A stretch of 64,000 bases of DNA, taken from Clostridia bacterium (GTDB lineage Bacteria > Bacillota > Clostridia > Christensenellales > Borkfalkiaceae). How positions within the stretch are numbered: position 1 is the first letter of the stretch; every line of letters begins with the position of its first letter. Below the pieces are notes generated by a model that was not told where the DNA came from, did not search any database, and saw only the letters and a program-made list of their open reading frames with translations. The translations under genes were made by a program, and so were the position numbers. The stretch lies in the NCBI GenBank assembly GCA_017558825.1, contig JAFYTO010000009.1:5617-69616 (forward strand). The letters are read 5' to 3'. Below are positions 62,798 through 64,000 of this stretch, one piece after another.

Positions 62798-63772
62798 TTA
62801 TAAGCACTTATCGCCATTGCCTGCACAACCTAAAACGTTGATAAGTTTGTGTTTAACAATGTCCTTAATAGTTGCTCTTGCAGGTTTTAAATATTCACGA
62901 GGGTCAAATTTATCTGGGTGTTCAACCATAAACTTTCTAACAGTTGCAGTCATAGCAAGCCTAATGTCAGAGTCAATGTTAATTTTGCAAACTGCAAGTT
63001 TAGCAGCTTCTCTTAATTGCTCTTCTGGAACGCCGATAGCGTTTGGCATTTGGCCGCCGAATTCGTTAACCATTTTAACGTATTCTTGTGGAACTGAAGA
63101 AGAGCCGTGTAAAACGATAGGGAAGTTAGGTAAACGTTTAGAAACTTCTTCTAAAATGTCAAAACGGAGTGGAGGTGGAACTAAAATGCCGTTTTCGTTA
63201 ACAGTGCATTGTTCAGGTTTAAATTTGTATGCGCCGTGTGAAGTGCCAATTGCAATAGCAAGAGAGTCAACACCCGTTTTAGTAACGAATTCTTCAACTT
63301 CTTCAGGTCTAGTATAAGAACCTTCTGCATGTGAAACTTCATCTTCAATACCAGCAAGCGTACCAAGTTCACCTTCAACGGTAACACCGCGGTCGTGCGC
63401 GTATTCAACAACTTTTTTTGTAAGTTCAATATTGTCTTTAAAACTGTGTGCAGAACCGTCAATCATAACGGAAGTGAAGCCACCGTCAATGCAAGATTTG
63501 CAAGTTTCAAAGTCTGGGCCGTGGTCAAGGTGAAGAGCGATAGGAACGTTTGGACATTCCAAAGCTGCAGCTTCAACAAGCTTAACTAAATAAGTGTGGT
63601 TAGCGTAAGCGCGTGCGCCTTTTGATACTTGTAAAATTACAGGTGCGTTTGCTTCTTTGCACGCTTCCGTAATACCTTGAACAATTTCCATATTGTTTAC
63701 GTTAAAAGCGCCTACAGCATAGCCGTTTTTATATGCGTGTTCAAACATTTTTTTAGTGTTAACTAATGGCAT
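62798..63772 (-). CDS. fba: Fructose-1,6-bisphosphate aldolase, class II
   Basis: 324-aa ORF with GYAVGAFNVNNME, LHLDHG and VLHGSSSVPQ motifs. Confidence 0.93.
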   Translation of the reverse strand: MPLVNTKKMFEHAYKNGYAVGAFNVNNMEIVQGITEACKEANAPVILQVSKGARAYANHTYLVKLVEAAALECPNVPIALHLDHGPDFETCKSCIDGGFTSVMIDGSAHSFKDNIELTKKVVEYAHDRGVTVEGELGTLAGIEDEVSHAEGSYTRPEEVEEFVTKTGVDSLAIAIGTSHGAYKFKPEQCTVNENGILVPPPLRFDILEEVSKRLPNFPIVLHGSSSVPQEYVKMVNEFGGQMPNAIGVPEEQLREAAKLAVCKINIDSDIRLAMTATVRKFMVEHPDKFDPREYLKPARATIKDIVKHKLINVLGCAGNGDKCL

Positions 63773-64000
63773 AATAAATCCCCCTAATCATTTTGTAAAA
63801 TTTTATTTTTCTAATTTAGTATTATACACCAAAAATTTTTAAAGAGCAATTAAAAAAGCCAACTTTATTAAATTTAACTTAAAATTTTATGTTTTTTTAT
63901 TTTTGTATAATTTTTTTGCTATTAGTCAACAATTTAAGCGTGACCAAAGCGCCCGTTTCTACATATAATATAGCGGGGCTTAGAATATAGGTGATTTATG

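Noticed and set aside
63998-64000. An ATG preceded by AGGTGA at the extreme right edge could be a gene start.
   Set aside because: Only the start codon is inside the window, so nothing can be supported.

Overview
This is a densely coding, low-GC chromosomal segment, apparently from an endospore-forming Firmicutes/Clostridia-type organism (sigH, cwlD, yabP-yabQ-divIC and an M50 protease are present). All calls rest on reading the sequence and on motif recognition; no database search was possible. No rRNA, tRNA, CRISPR array, transposase or integrase was found.

Most of the window is housekeeping:
- A Re-citrate synthase / aconitase / NADP-IDH operon with a divergent CcpC-like LysR regulator.
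- serA-serC and a type III glutamine synthetase.
- The mrnC-rlmB-sigH-dnaX-ybaB-recR block.
- An orphan trpB behind a Trp T-box.
- alr, gyrB-gyrA, and a rearranged dnaA-mnmG / recF region.
- A guanine-riboswitch xpt gene followed by BMP-family nucleoside ABC transporter genes.
- minDE and fba.

Three things stand out:
1. A surface-protein/ABC cluster at 1..9969. It encodes a large ~480-aa YwaF/TMEM164-like membrane domain fused to an ABC ATPase, a 546-aa permease-like protein, a small Ig-like anchored protein and a 1397-aa repeat lipoprotein. It is followed by a second free-standing paralog of the same membrane domain, whose start codon is out of frame across an A7/T7 tract.
2. Two compact two-gene cassettes (small effector-like gene divergent from an XRE regulator). 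Each sits between convergent housekeeping genes and is bracketed by an identical 28-bp direct repeat of a bidirectional terminator hairpin. One cassette carries a SLOG/DUF1273 protein and an array of palindromic operators.
3. A transcarbamylase-fold protein lacking all carbamoyl-phosphate motifs.
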